NCBI GenBank assembly: GCA_964627625.1
Contig: CAZVJB010000001.1
Location: 92,736 to 156,735 of the forward strand
Reading direction: 5' to 3'
DNA: 64,000 bases
DNA from: an uncultured Halobacteriales archaeon
Lineage (GTDB): Archaea; Thermoplasmatota; E2; JACPAO01; JAHFTW01
Every line of letters begins with the position of its first letter. Positions within the stretch are counted from its first letter, which is position 1. The notes beneath the pieces were generated by a model that saw only the letters and a program-made list of their open reading frames with translations, was not told the origin of the DNA and ran no database searches. The position numbers and the translations under genes are program-made. Shown in pieces: positions 1 to 8,299 of the stretch.

Positions 1-835
1 TCGAGGCCGTCGGAGCATTCGGGTGGTGCGTTGTACTCGTCGTTGTCGCCGGCGTTTGAGCATCCGGGGTCAGCCGGGTAGTCGGTCTTCCCATCGCCGT
101 CGTTGTCGGTGCCGTCACCGCAGGCGGCTGGAGGCGGAGCATTGTATTCGTCGTTGTCTGCCGCGCTGGAGCACCCTGGGTCACTTGGGTAGTCGGTCTT
201 CCCGTCGCCGTCGTTGTCCGCACCGTCTGCGCACGCCGCCGGAGGAGCGTTGTACTCGTCATTGTCTGAGGTGTTGCTGCAGCCCGGGTCCGCGGGGTGG
301 TCGGTCTTCCCGTCGCCGTCGTTGTCGAACCCGTCCGAGCACGCGGCGACGTAGTACTCGTAGTTGTCCGCGGCGTTGAAGCAATCCGGGTCGGCGGGAT
401 AGTCGATCTTGCCATCGCCCTCGTTATCGAGGCCGTCCGAGCAGCCGGCCAGCTCGTTATTGTCCGTGGAACTAACGCAGCCGGCATCGGCCTGGTAGTC
501 GACAGCTCCGTCGCCATCGTTGTCGGTGCCGTCGTCGCAGGCGGCCGTGCCAAGTTCGCTGGTGTCTGTCGCGGACGAGCAGCCGGGGTCGTTGGGGTAG
601 TCGGTCTTCCCGTCGCTGTCGTTATCGGTGCCATCGTTGCACGCAACCGTAGCCGGGTTGGATTCGTCTTTGTCACCGTTGCCGGTGCATCCCGTGTCCG
701 CCGGGTAGTCCGTCTTGCCGTCGCCATCATTGTCGATGCCATCGTTGCAGGCGGGCTTGGCAGCCGCCGCGGCGGGCAATGCCGCGACAACCAAGGCCAG
801 GGCAACGAATGCGCACAGTGTACGGTACGTGACCA
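1..835 (-). CDS. secreted Cys-bracketed DxDxDG repeat protein (thrombospondin-type-3-like), 3' end beyond window start
   Basis: Absent from the ORF track because it runs off the edge. Reverse-strand ATG at 835-833 gives MVTYRTLCAFVALALVVAALPAAAAAKPAC (signal-peptide-like). Seven or more units of C-x-DG-x-DNDGDGKTDYPxDPGC follow. A GGTGGGGTGA Shine-Dalgarno-like string lies just upstream. Confidence 0.75.
78..735 (-). repeat. in-frame tandem coding repeat, 7 units of 96-111 nt
   Basis: Core gtagtcggtcttcccgtcgccgtcgttgtc (+ strand) and variants start at 78, 189, 297, 399, 495, 597 and 705. All spacings are multiples of 3. Confidence 0.9.
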
Positions 836-840
836 TGAAG

Positions 841-1629
841 TCACCCCACCGTGGCGGTGATGGATTGCAGACGGCCCGCGAAGTGGGCTTCGGCGACACA
901 GTCTGGGCGCGGGAAGCCGCCGCAAGGAACCCAGGTGCCCCCGCCGCCCGCAGCCGCGGGAAGGGGTTGCCAGAGGCCGCCGTAGGTCTGCGATTCTATG
1001 CGGTTCCACACTTGGTACTGGCCGTTGGGGAGGCCATTAGGATTGCTCAGGGTGACGGTCAACGTTAGGGTGGCGGGGGGCTGGTACTCGGAGGCCGAAG
1101 TCGGCCAGGCGGAGATGCGGGACATGGTCGTGGACGTGCCCGCGTTGCATCCCGTGCAGGGAGGGTTGACGCCGAGGAACGCCTTCGTGTCCGCCCACGG
1201 GAAATTGTCAGGCGTCAGATACGTGACGGCTTGGTAGGAATCTGCGTCGAAGGTCCAGGTGGCGGTGTAGGTGATGCTCGTGGGGTTCCCGCTCACAGAG
1301 GAGAACCCATGGAAATGAGCCCGCGTCAAGAGGTAGCCTTCGTTGGTCACGACGTTGTCATAGGAGAAGTCGCCCGTCTGGCGGTCAACTGATCCCTGTG
1401 CAGAGCCGCAGGTGCCGTCGTTGGCTGGCCTCTGGCAGCTGGCGTAATAGGATGCCGTGAAGGGCGCGCTTACACCAGTGGCCGCCGGGGCAGGTGGAGG
1501 GGTTCCGCCGCCACTGCCTCCACTTCCACTTCCATGGCCGGCGTTGTGGTGGGCCACACCCGTCGGGAGAATCAGGGACAGGGCAAGCAAGCCCAGGAGC
1601 ATTGCCTTCATGGTGGCGTGGGTCGACAT
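841..1629 (-). CDS. secreted hypothetical protein
   Basis: MSTHATMKAMLLGLLALSLILPTGVA signal-like N-terminus, then a Gly/Ser/Pro linker and a Cys-containing domain. The stop is 5 nt upstream of the repeat-protein start. Alternative start at 1611. Confidence 0.6.
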   Translation of the reverse strand: MSTHATMKAMLLGLLALSLILPTGVAHHNAGHGSGSGGSGGGTPPPAPAATGVSAPFTASYYASCQRPANDGTCGSAQGSVDRQTGDFSYDNVVTNEGYLLTRAHFHGFSSVSGNPTSITYTATWTFDADSYQAVTYLTPDNFPWADTKAFLGVNPPCTGCNAGTSTTMSRISAWPTSASEYQPPATLTLTVTLSNPNGLPNGQYQVWNRIESQTYGGLWQPLPAAAGGGGTWVPCGGFPRPDCVAEAHFAGRLQSITATVG

Positions 1630-1894
1630 GGAATTCAGCCTGCGTGGCGAGGGCGTTTGGCCGCCCTTGCGCAAAGGTGCCGAAATGGCTAGCGACTATA
1701 ACGAGGTTGGAAACGTTGCTTTCAGATGGCGAGGGCCTGCCCCTAGTGGAGTCCAAGGCCTTCCCCGGCGGCGGTGTCCACCTCGCCTACGACAACGTCG
1801 GAAAACCCGAGTACGGCGATGTGTTGCTGCCTTCGCCCTCCTAAGCGTTCATGACTAGCGTGGCCGGCGTCTTCGCCGCGACGGCAACGAACGC

Positions 1895-2440
1895 TTACTT
1901 CTTCCCGTCGGCCGCGCGGTCCAACGCCCGGATGTCGAGTTTCTTCATATCCATCATGGCCGCGTACGCACGTGAGGCCCGCTTGGGGTCCGGGTCGGCG
2001 AGGAGCTCGAACATGCGCGTCGGCACGATTTGCCAGGAAGCCCCGAACTTGTCCTTGAGCCACCCGCATTGTTCGGATGCGGGCACGGCGGACAGCGCCT
2101 TCCAGTACAGGTCCACTTCGGCTTGGTTCTTGCAGGGTACTACGAACGAAACCGCCTCGTTCAACTTGAAGTAAGGCCCGCCGTTCAAGGCCATAAACTG
2201 GCGTCCCATGAGCGTGAACTCGACGACGACGGTATCGCCCTTCTTTCCGGCGGGATAGTCGGTGGGCGAAGGAACGACGCGGTCAAGAGTGGAGTCGGGG
2301 AAAATCGAGACGTAGAACCGTGCCGCCTTCTCCGCGTTCCCGTCGAACCACAGACACGGGGTAATGGTATCCATGGTCGAGGATTCCGGCTTGCTGGATG
2401 TAGTGGTCTTGGCGGGCGCGCGGGTCTTGACGGAAGCCAT
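1895..2440 (-). CDS. VOC / PhnB-like protein (3-demethylubiquinone-9 3-methyltransferase-domain family)
   Basis: ITPCLWFDGNAEKAARFYVSIFP ... CGWLKDKFGASWQIVP are typical of the family. Alternative start at M23 (2374). Confidence 0.8.
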   Translation of the reverse strand: MASVKTRAPAKTTTSSKPESSTMDTITPCLWFDGNAEKAARFYVSIFPDSTLDRVVPSPTDYPAGKKGDTVVVEFTLMGRQFMALNGGPYFKLNEAVSFVVPCKNQAEVDLYWKALSAVPASEQCGWLKDKFGASWQIVPTRMFELLADPDPKRASRAYAAMMDMKKLDIRALDRAADGKK

Positions 2441-2678
2441 GGTTGAACCTCGGTCGGCCCAAGCTTGGCGACCGTCTTAATCATGGAGGCCCAGGCCACC
2501 TAGGGCACGCGCGCGGGGACCCTAGAGCCCGGGCAGGCCTTACCAAAGCCCCGCCCAAGATTCGCACCGCGCAAGAATACCCCGTCGGTGCGTTTGCCCG
2601 TACCTCGGAGCACCCAATGCGTTTGGAAGGGCAACATTCTTCCAATGATGCCTGGTGCCTATGAAATAGAGGTCTGTG

Positions 2679-2924
2679 ATGCCGCGATTCATGGATGTGC
2701 ATGCGATGCCAGGTGTGAAGAAGGCCGACGTGGAAAAGGCGCACGCGAAGGATCTTGCGATCCAAACCAAGCACGGCGTCAAGTTCCTCTCGTACTGGGT
2801 CGATGAGCAGAAGGGCAAGGTGTTCTGCCTTTCGGAGGCCCCCAACGCCAAGGCTGCGCAGGCCTGCCACAAGGAAGCAGGCCATCCCACCGAGGAAATC
2901 TACCAGGTCCACGAAGGGCATTAG
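2679..2924 (+). CDS. DUF4242 / SCO4226-like small protein
   Basis: MPRFMDVH...KHGVKFLSYWVDEQKGKVFCLSEAPNAKAA...HKEAGHP matches the family pattern as I recall it. Confidence 0.8.
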   Translation: MPRFMDVHAMPGVKKADVEKAHAKDLAIQTKHGVKFLSYWVDEQKGKVFCLSEAPNAKAAQACHKEAGHPTEEIYQVHEGH

Positions 2925-3293
2925 GACACGGGCTGCTCGGCAGGATTCGTAGCAGTCCCGCTGCGGCCGGTCGGGCAGAGCGGTTAGGCATCGGCATGGA
3001 AACGGACCACAGTCCACAGCCGACCCATTTCCAAGGAATCAGAAGTAACCGACCGGCAGACCTAGAGCTGGCGCCGGAACTCTTCTCTCTTGAGGCCAGC
3101 TTCCGCAGGGCTCATCCGATTGACTTTTCGAGCCAACGTATCGTGGAAGGCAGCCGCAAAATGCACCCGGCGGCGCTTTTTCAGGGGCGCCGATTACAAG
3201 CAATCCTCACGAATCAACGAGCGCAACCGTGATACGGCCGCCTGCCGGCACTACACCGTGTGCGCGGAGTGCACGGCATTCTCACCGTGCCAG

Positions 3294-4016
3294 CTACCTG
3301 ACCTTGTAGTACGTCGCGTTCAATTTGCTTTCGTACTTTGGCCTGTGCCGCTGGAAGAACCAGTACGCCAGGAAGGCGCAGAGGGCTGTCTGGTGCGCGC
3401 TCAAGATGCCTAGCCAATTGATGAGGTCGCCCGGATCGGGCGTGACTTGACTTTCGAAGAGCCAATGGATGTGGCCGTGCAGGGGCTGGACTTCGTAAGC
3501 AAAAATGATGTCCGCGATTCCTACGACTGACATCCACCAAATGAAGGCCAGCCCTAAGACTCCCATGGAGACGTTGAGGGGCGATTCGATGGGTCGGCGT
3601 GCTTTGCCTTTGCCGATGAAGGGCACGACCATGAGGGCCACGAAGGCGACGTTGACGAGGATGGTGCCGAGGAAGACGGTGTTGATGAGCGGGTCTGGCA
3701 GGAAGGGGATGCCGGGGTTTGGGATGGCCCATTTGGCGAGGAAAATTGGGCCAAGCGACCATAACAAGTACCAGTCCGGTTTGACGTATTTTGGCGGTTG
3801 TGTCATGTCGTACGCGGGGTGCAACGGCGGCGGCACGATGGAGATGAGGAGGAAGATGGCGGCGCAGAGGAATGCGATGATGGCGCCGTCACGGATGAGT
3901 TCGTCACCGAGGCTGGTGCCTTCGACGCCCTTCTGGCGCTTCGGCGGTCCGCGGGCCGCTTCCATGCGGGCCTTTGTGGTGACGTAGAGGTTTGTGAGCT
4001 CTCGCATGCGTCCCAT
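3294..4016 (-). CDS. cytochrome b C-terminal half / subunit IV-like (petD-type)
   Basis: KPDWYLLW (PEWY-type Qo-site motif), about 3 TM helices, directly downstream of the cytochrome b N-half. Confidence 0.8.
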   Translation of the reverse strand: MGRMRELTNLYVTTKARMEAARGPPKRQKGVEGTSLGDELIRDGAIIAFLCAAIFLLISIVPPPLHPAYDMTQPPKYVKPDWYLLWSLGPIFLAKWAIPNPGIPFLPDPLINTVFLGTILVNVAFVALMVVPFIGKGKARRPIESPLNVSMGVLGLAFIWWMSVVGIADIIFAYEVQPLHGHIHWLFESQVTPDPGDLINWLGILSAHQTALCAFLAYWFFQRHRPKYESKLNATYYKVR

Positions 4017-4030
4017 AGTTCACCTCGCAA

Positions 4031-4915
4031 TCAATGCGGTTCAGCCATCCCTTGCAGCCAGACGATGAACATGTGCAGGACCATGAGGCCGAAGAGGATG
4101 AACGGCAGGACCCACACGTGCAGGATGTACATGCGCGGAATCAAGTTCGAGTTGATGTCGGTGCCGCCAAACATGAGGCGCGCTGCGTATTCGCCAATGA
4201 CCGGAATCGAGCCAAACATGTTCTGACCGATTGTTGCCGCTGCAATCGAGAGTTGGTCAGCCGGCAAGAGGTAACCCGAGTACGCGAAGAAGAAGGTGAT
4301 GCCAAGTAGCGTTACGCCCAGGACCCAGTTGAGTTCGCGGGGTTTCTTGTAGGCGCCGACGAAGTAGACGCGCATCATGTGGAGGAACACGCACGCGACC
4401 ATGAGGTGGGCGCCCCAATGGTGGACGCCGCGCAGGATGTACCCGAGCGTGACCTTCTCCATGATGAACTGGACCGATTCTCTTGCTTCAAACGCCTCTT
4501 GCGGGACGTAGTTGGGCACGTAATAGAGGCCTAGAACCACGCCGCTGATGGTGAGGATGATGAACGAAATGAACGCGAGGCCGCCGAGGCAGTACAGGGG
4601 ATACCAGTACCATATGGTGCGTAACTTGTAGCGTTCCGTGTGGCTGCGCGGCAGTTGCCGCTGGATTGACAGGGCTGCGGCCTTGGCGGCATCGACGTGG
4701 TTGCGAATCCGAATCGAGTCGTCCAGGTACGCGAGCGTCATGAGGTAGAAGCGGGCGATGAAACCCAAGCGCTTCTCTTTTGCCAGTTTCTCGTAAGCGC
4801 GCTTGCCTTGCTTGTGGGCGCGATGCGGGTCGGCCGAAGAGCCAGGGATGGGCTCTACGGGGGGCGCGGGTGTTGGACTCGTGGCCGGAGCTGCGGCCGG
4901 GGCGGCGTCGCTCAT
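4031..4915 (-). CDS. cytochrome b6-type subunit (cytochrome b N-terminal domain)
   Basis: His-ligand contexts RGVHHWGAHLMV, FLHMMRVYF and ILHVWVLPF..VLHMF. The start was chosen at the ATGA overlap with the Rieske stop (track start is 4930). Confidence 0.9.
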   Translation of the reverse strand: MSDAAPAAAPATSPTPAPPVEPIPGSSADPHRAHKQGKRAYEKLAKEKRLGFIARFYLMTLAYLDDSIRIRNHVDAAKAAALSIQRQLPRSHTERYKLRTIWYWYPLYCLGGLAFISFIILTISGVVLGLYYVPNYVPQEAFEARESVQFIMEKVTLGYILRGVHHWGAHLMVACVFLHMMRVYFVGAYKKPRELNWVLGVTLLGITFFFAYSGYLLPADQLSIAAATIGQNMFGSIPVIGEYAARLMFGGTDINSNLIPRMYILHVWVLPFILFGLMVLHMFIVWLQGMAEPH

Positions 4916-5712
4916 CGCGCGCTCTCCCATGAGTAGTCCTTTGGTTTGACAGGGGCGTCTTTCGTCGTTCGCAGCTTGAACGCGGATCCGTCGCCCGCAC
5001 GGTCGGCTGCACGGTACTTTGTCTGCACGATGGTCTCGACGCCGATCAGTGCTGGCGCCTTGGCGGCGGGAATGTCTGCCTCCTCATCCCCGCCGTAGGA
5101 GGAATCTATGTTGAATCGGATGACGTTGAGCGGCGCCGGCGGCGGCGTGCCGGGTTGGTTAAGGGCCAAATCGTAGATGTCGTATTGGCCCTGGTGGCAA
5201 GGGCACAGGATGCGGCCGTCATTGATGCCGTCGCCGTCGTAATCATCGACGTCCTTGGCTCCGCCCAGGCCGGAGTTCCAGGCGACGGTGCAGCCGAGGT
5301 GTTTGCACTTGCCGACGTAGGCGAGGATGGCGTACTTGTTGTCGCCGGGGAACTCGACGGCGTGCTGCGCCGTGTTGTAGCCGCGCTTGGCGGACGACGC
5401 CTTGAGCGTGTCTACCTTGACCTTGTAGACCTTCGCAGGCAGGAAGGAGTACTCGGCCTTGGGCCCATCGCCGGGGACCAAGTCGTCGATGGTAAGGGGG
5501 ACTTTGGCGTTCTTGGCGTCGCGCGCGATAATAGGGCCTGGGCCGCCGCCGGAGAGCGCAGAGGGCGCAACGGAAGGCAGAAGTTGTGTGAGAAGGCCAG
5601 GAATGACGGCTCCCGCCACGGCAAAACGGACGGTGTTGCGGATGAATTCACGGCGCGACAGGATGGATTCCTTCCTCGGTGCAAGCGGCGGCGTACCGGG
5701 AACGTCAGTCAT
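4912..5712 (-). CDS. Rieske [2Fe-2S] protein
   Basis: CKHLGC ... CPCHQGQYD Rieske boxes. Tat-like SRREFIRNTVRFAVAGA N-terminus. Confidence 0.9.
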   Translation of the reverse strand: MTDVPGTPPLAPRKESILSRREFIRNTVRFAVAGAVIPGLLTQLLPSVAPSALSGGGPGPIIARDAKNAKVPLTIDDLVPGDGPKAEYSFLPAKVYKVKVDTLKASSAKRGYNTAQHAVEFPGDNKYAILAYVGKCKHLGCTVAWNSGLGGAKDVDDYDGDGINDGRILCPCHQGQYDIYDLALNQPGTPPPAPLNVIRFNIDSSYGGDEEADIPAAKAPALIGVETIVQTKYRAADRAGDGSAFKLRTTKDAPVKPKDYSWESAR

Positions 5713-6127
5713 GCAGTTGGACCCCCTCGTCTTCCCACTTGCGGAAGCGCTTCTTCACGATCGTGACGTGGTCCTTGAAGTAGCGCTGGTAGAGGAAAAT
5801 CATGCCAAAGAGGCAGAAGAAGGTCATCGAAATCCAGTAGGAGATGATTGTCTGTTCGCTCGTGAAGGGCTCGAAGCCACCCAGGTAGGAACCGGACCAT
5901 TCGCTGATGGCGGGATCATAGCCCGCGGCACTGTTGGCCCCCGGCTTGGTCGGGTCCGTTGGGTCCTCGATGGCGTCCTGGTAGAGGGCCATCGCGATGA
6001 GGGCAAAGTACACCATTTGGATGAGAAACAGCGCGAGAATCATGGCGCCTACAGCGGCGGGCCGAGGCGCCGGCGTGCGGCGGACTTCGGTGCCGGGCGT
6101 CTTTCCCGTCTGGATCTCAAGTCCCAT
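5705..6127 (-). CDS. small membrane protein of the Rieske/cyt b operon
   Basis: Hydrophobic segments ILALFLIQMVYFALIAMALY and ISMTFFCLFGMIFLY. Overlaps the Rieske start by 8 nt. Confidence 0.5.
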   Translation of the reverse strand: MGLEIQTGKTPGTEVRRTPAPRPAAVGAMILALFLIQMVYFALIAMALYQDAIEDPTDPTKPGANSAAGYDPAISEWSGSYLGGFEPFTSEQTIISYWISMTFFCLFGMIFLYQRYFKDHVTIVKKRFRKWEDEGVQLHD

Positions 6128-6135
6128 CCTTCACG

Positions 6136-6918
6136 TCACCGGTCCTTCTGGTCAGTGTTGTGCGGAGTCACGTAGCGTAAGTAGACGTAGCCGGCGACAA
6201 TGACGAAGATCATGCCGGCGAGTCCGATGAGGCCAATCCAGTACTGCTGAAGCGTGATGCCGAAGTGGTGCTCTTCCTTGGCGGGAGCGGCCCCGAGCGC
6301 GGCGCCCGTGGAGTCGGTGAGGCCGAAGAAAACTTGGCGGGGAACGTCACCGATGCTGTTGAGGCCGTCGGCATCCACGTCGTTGACGAACAGCTGGAAC
6401 CCGACGGCGCCGGAGGCGGGCGGGGCCCAGGTGACGTTCCAGTTGGTTCGGCTGGGGTCTACATGCGTCGCCTGGCTGCCGGCGTCGTTGGCCTGGGATT
6501 GGCCGGCGACACCGGCGAGCTTCCCGGCTGTGGCGCGCAGGTTGAAGCCCGCGTGGTGGGGCAGCTCGTTGCCCGTCACCGGCGGATTGATCGCGACCTG
6601 CTCGATGAAGTTGATGTGGATGGTGTAGGTGGCCTTGGGGTCGTAGGGCCCGTTCAGGAAGTTGCCGTCCGCGTCACGGATTTGCCAGGTCACGACTGAG
6701 TTGTCGACGGCGGCGAATTTCTTGCTGTCGCCGTGGCACGAAACGCAGCCGATCTGATCGAACTCCCCCGGAGGCGCGGCGGCGGCGCCTGGGCAGCCCG
6801 CGCAGATGCCTCCAGAGAAGCCCAGTCCAGTTGGCGCCACAAGCAGGATTGCGGCGGCGGCAAACAGGCCCAAGACAACCAAGGGACCTGCCCGGTGGGC
6901 ACCAGGAGAAACGCTCAC
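6136..6918 (-). CDS. membrane-anchored putative monoheme c-type cytochrome
   Basis: Single CxxCH (IGCVSCHG) soon after a signal-like segment. Then a beta-rich domain of roughly 200 aa and a C-terminal TM (YWIGLIGLAGMIFVIVAGYVYL). GTG start 6918 was chosen because the TATA-like cttatat lies about 27 nt upstream. Confidence 0.6.
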   Translation of the reverse strand: MSVSPGAHRAGPLVVLGLFAAAAILLVAPTGLGFSGGICAGCPGAAAAPPGEFDQIGCVSCHGDSKKFAAVDNSVVTWQIRDADGNFLNGPYDPKATYTIHINFIEQVAINPPVTGNELPHHAGFNLRATAGKLAGVAGQSQANDAGSQATHVDPSRTNWNVTWAPPASGAVGFQLFVNDVDADGLNSIGDVPRQVFFGLTDSTGAALGAAPAKEEHHFGITLQQYWIGLIGLAGMIFVIVAGYVYLRYVTPHNTDQKDR

Positions 6919-6941
6919 GGGCGCGCCCAAAGCCGGCTCGG

Positions 6942-6948
6942 ATATAAG
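6942..6948 (-). promoter_or_regulatory. TATA-like box for the cytochrome operon
   Basis: atataag (cttatat on the - strand), centred about 27 nt upstream of GTG 6918. An isolated AT-rich patch in GC-rich DNA. Confidence 0.45.
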
Positions 6949-7037
6949 CGGTGCGACCAGGAGTGAACCGGGGCCGCACCCGCCGCCAGGCGCGGCGTGA
7001 AAAGCGCTAAGAGAGCCGCCTGTCTCGCCGGCTTGCC

Positions 7038-7301
7038 ATGGCAGAAACAGAGCGTCGGTCGAAGCCCCGGAAAATCGAGCCCAAGGAAGACGAGAGCAAG
7101 AACCCCAAGGGCCACGGCTTGGTCCTTCTGGGTTATTTCGTCGCCGCAATCGCCATTGTCATGCTCATGTTCGTGATTGCGACGTTCCTTGCCAAGCCGG
7201 ACTCGCTCGACACCACCACTCTCTACCTTGCCGGTGGGACGGCCGTCCTGGCCGGCATCCTGTTTACCGCCGGAAAATTGGCGGGCCGCAAGCAAGGATG
7301 A
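7038..7301 (+). CDS. small two-TM membrane protein
   Basis: Charged N-terminus followed by two hydrophobic helices. ATGA overlap with the following PqqD-like gene. Confidence 0.5.
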   Translation: MAETERRSKPRKIEPKEDESKNPKGHGLVLLGYFVAAIAIVMLMFVIATFLAKPDSLDTTTLYLAGGTAVLAGILFTAGKLAGRKQG

Positions 7302-7630
7302 CCTCAGACCGAATCCCCGACATCTCGCGGATGGTCCCGCGTCGGGCCGTTGTCGAATCAAGCGAGGAAGCAGGCCGCATTACGGTCTTGCAGCGGCGTA
7401 AAGGCGTGCTACGGCCTCGCATCCTGCGCCTTTTCGGCATCCCACCGTTTCTGAAGATTCACCTCGACCCCTTGGGCTCGGAGGTCTGGCGCCTTGTGGA
7501 TGGCGTGCGCAGTGTGGCCGACATCAAGATTGCCCTGGAGGCCAAGTTCCCCGACGAAACCCAGGTGGCTGCCCGCCTTGGTCACTTCTTCGGCCTTATG
7601 GTGTCCAAAGGGCTGGTCACGTTGGCCTAA
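7298..7630 (+). CDS. PqqD-family (RRE-type peptide chaperone-like) protein
   Basis: LDPLGSEVWRLVDGVRSVADIKIALEAKFP...VAARLGHFFGLMVSKGLV matches the PqqD pattern. Confidence 0.65.
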   Translation: MTSDRIPDISRMVPRRAVVESSEEAGRITVLQRRKGVLRPRILRLFGIPPFLKIHLDPLGSEVWRLVDGVRSVADIKIALEAKFPDETQVAARLGHFFGLMVSKGLVTLA

Positions 7631-8247
7631 AATGAGCAGACGCGATAGTGCCGCTGCAGCTGTGCCTGAATATTGGCGGTGCTGATTGTGCTTTCATCCC
7701 CATCCAGGTTCGTTGTCCACGCGAATTCCATGTACAGCGGTGTGGGCGTCGGCACCTCTGGGGGTTGTGTCAGGCGCACCGCCAAGAGTCGATGCGTTAC
7801 GCCTGGCTCGAATTTCCAGTGGTACTGGCCATCATTGTGAACGCCTGGCGCACCGACCGCCATGTCGTAGGCTAGTAACGGCGAATGATCATCCTCGCGG
7901 AAGAACGTAATTTCGAGTCGGCTGTCGAGGAGTTCGATTCCGAGAGGTTTACTCTTGTTGCCGTCCCTGAAACCGCTGAAGTGGACGTAATAGATGTCAA
8001 GCGGAAATCCGCCATCAAAGAGCTGGGCGGTTGGTGGGTACGTTTCGTTTGTCGGGTTGTTGGCGAGGCGGTCGTCCAGGCGCCAATCGATGTTGCCATA
8101 CCCAATCCCGACACGCCACGCGGGGCATTTCTGGCTCGACGAAGAACTGGTGTCGGCCGGGCCGCTGCAGCCCGCCAGACTGAATACGATGAGGCAAACG
8201 ATGGCGGTGCGCCAGACCATGGGCATGCACACCTCGCGCTGGCTCAT
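7627..8247 (-). CDS. lipobox lipoprotein, paralog of 8300-8845
   Basis: MVWRTAIVCLIVFSLAGCSG lipobox. CPAW near the N-terminus and YRVC near the C-terminus. Alternative starts at 8226 and 8220. The track N-terminal extension is Arg/Pro-rich and was rejected. Confidence 0.65.
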   Translation of the reverse strand: MSQREVCMPMVWRTAIVCLIVFSLAGCSGPADTSSSSSQKCPAWRVGIGYGNIDWRLDDRLANNPTNETYPPTAQLFDGGFPLDIYYVHFSGFRDGNKSKPLGIELLDSRLEITFFREDDHSPLLAYDMAVGAPGVHNDGQYHWKFEPGVTHRLLAVRLTQPPEVPTPTPLYMEFAWTTNLDGDESTISTANIQAQLQRHYRVCSF

Positions 8248-8299
8248 TTGGCTTTCGCCGGAGGTTACCGGAAAAACGGCCGCCCGCCGCGTCGCCTGC

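Noticed and set aside
23-860. Track ORFs 23-379 (+), 297-860 (+) and 715-1068 (+).
   Set aside because: Their compositions (Arg/Cys-rich, Val/Gly-rich) are typical of wrong-frame reads of GC-rich DNA. The reverse strand carries a coherent signal peptide plus repeat protein across the same bases.
2641-2690. AATGATGC and GTGATGC strings resembling C/C' boxes of a C/D sRNA.
   Set aside because: There is no CTGA D or D' box at the required spacing, and the region overlaps the start of the DUF4242 gene.
6919-7149. N-terminal extensions of track ORFs (6136-7149, 7627-8484, 20449-21723, 25608-26606, 26651-27637, 38064-39530, 48376-50433 and 52781-53716).
   Set aside because: The extensions are Arg/Pro-rich, overlap neighbouring genes or promoters, and precede obvious native N-termini (signal peptides or conserved family starts). 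I trimmed them to internal ATG, GTG or TTG codons, but the exact starts remain uncertain.
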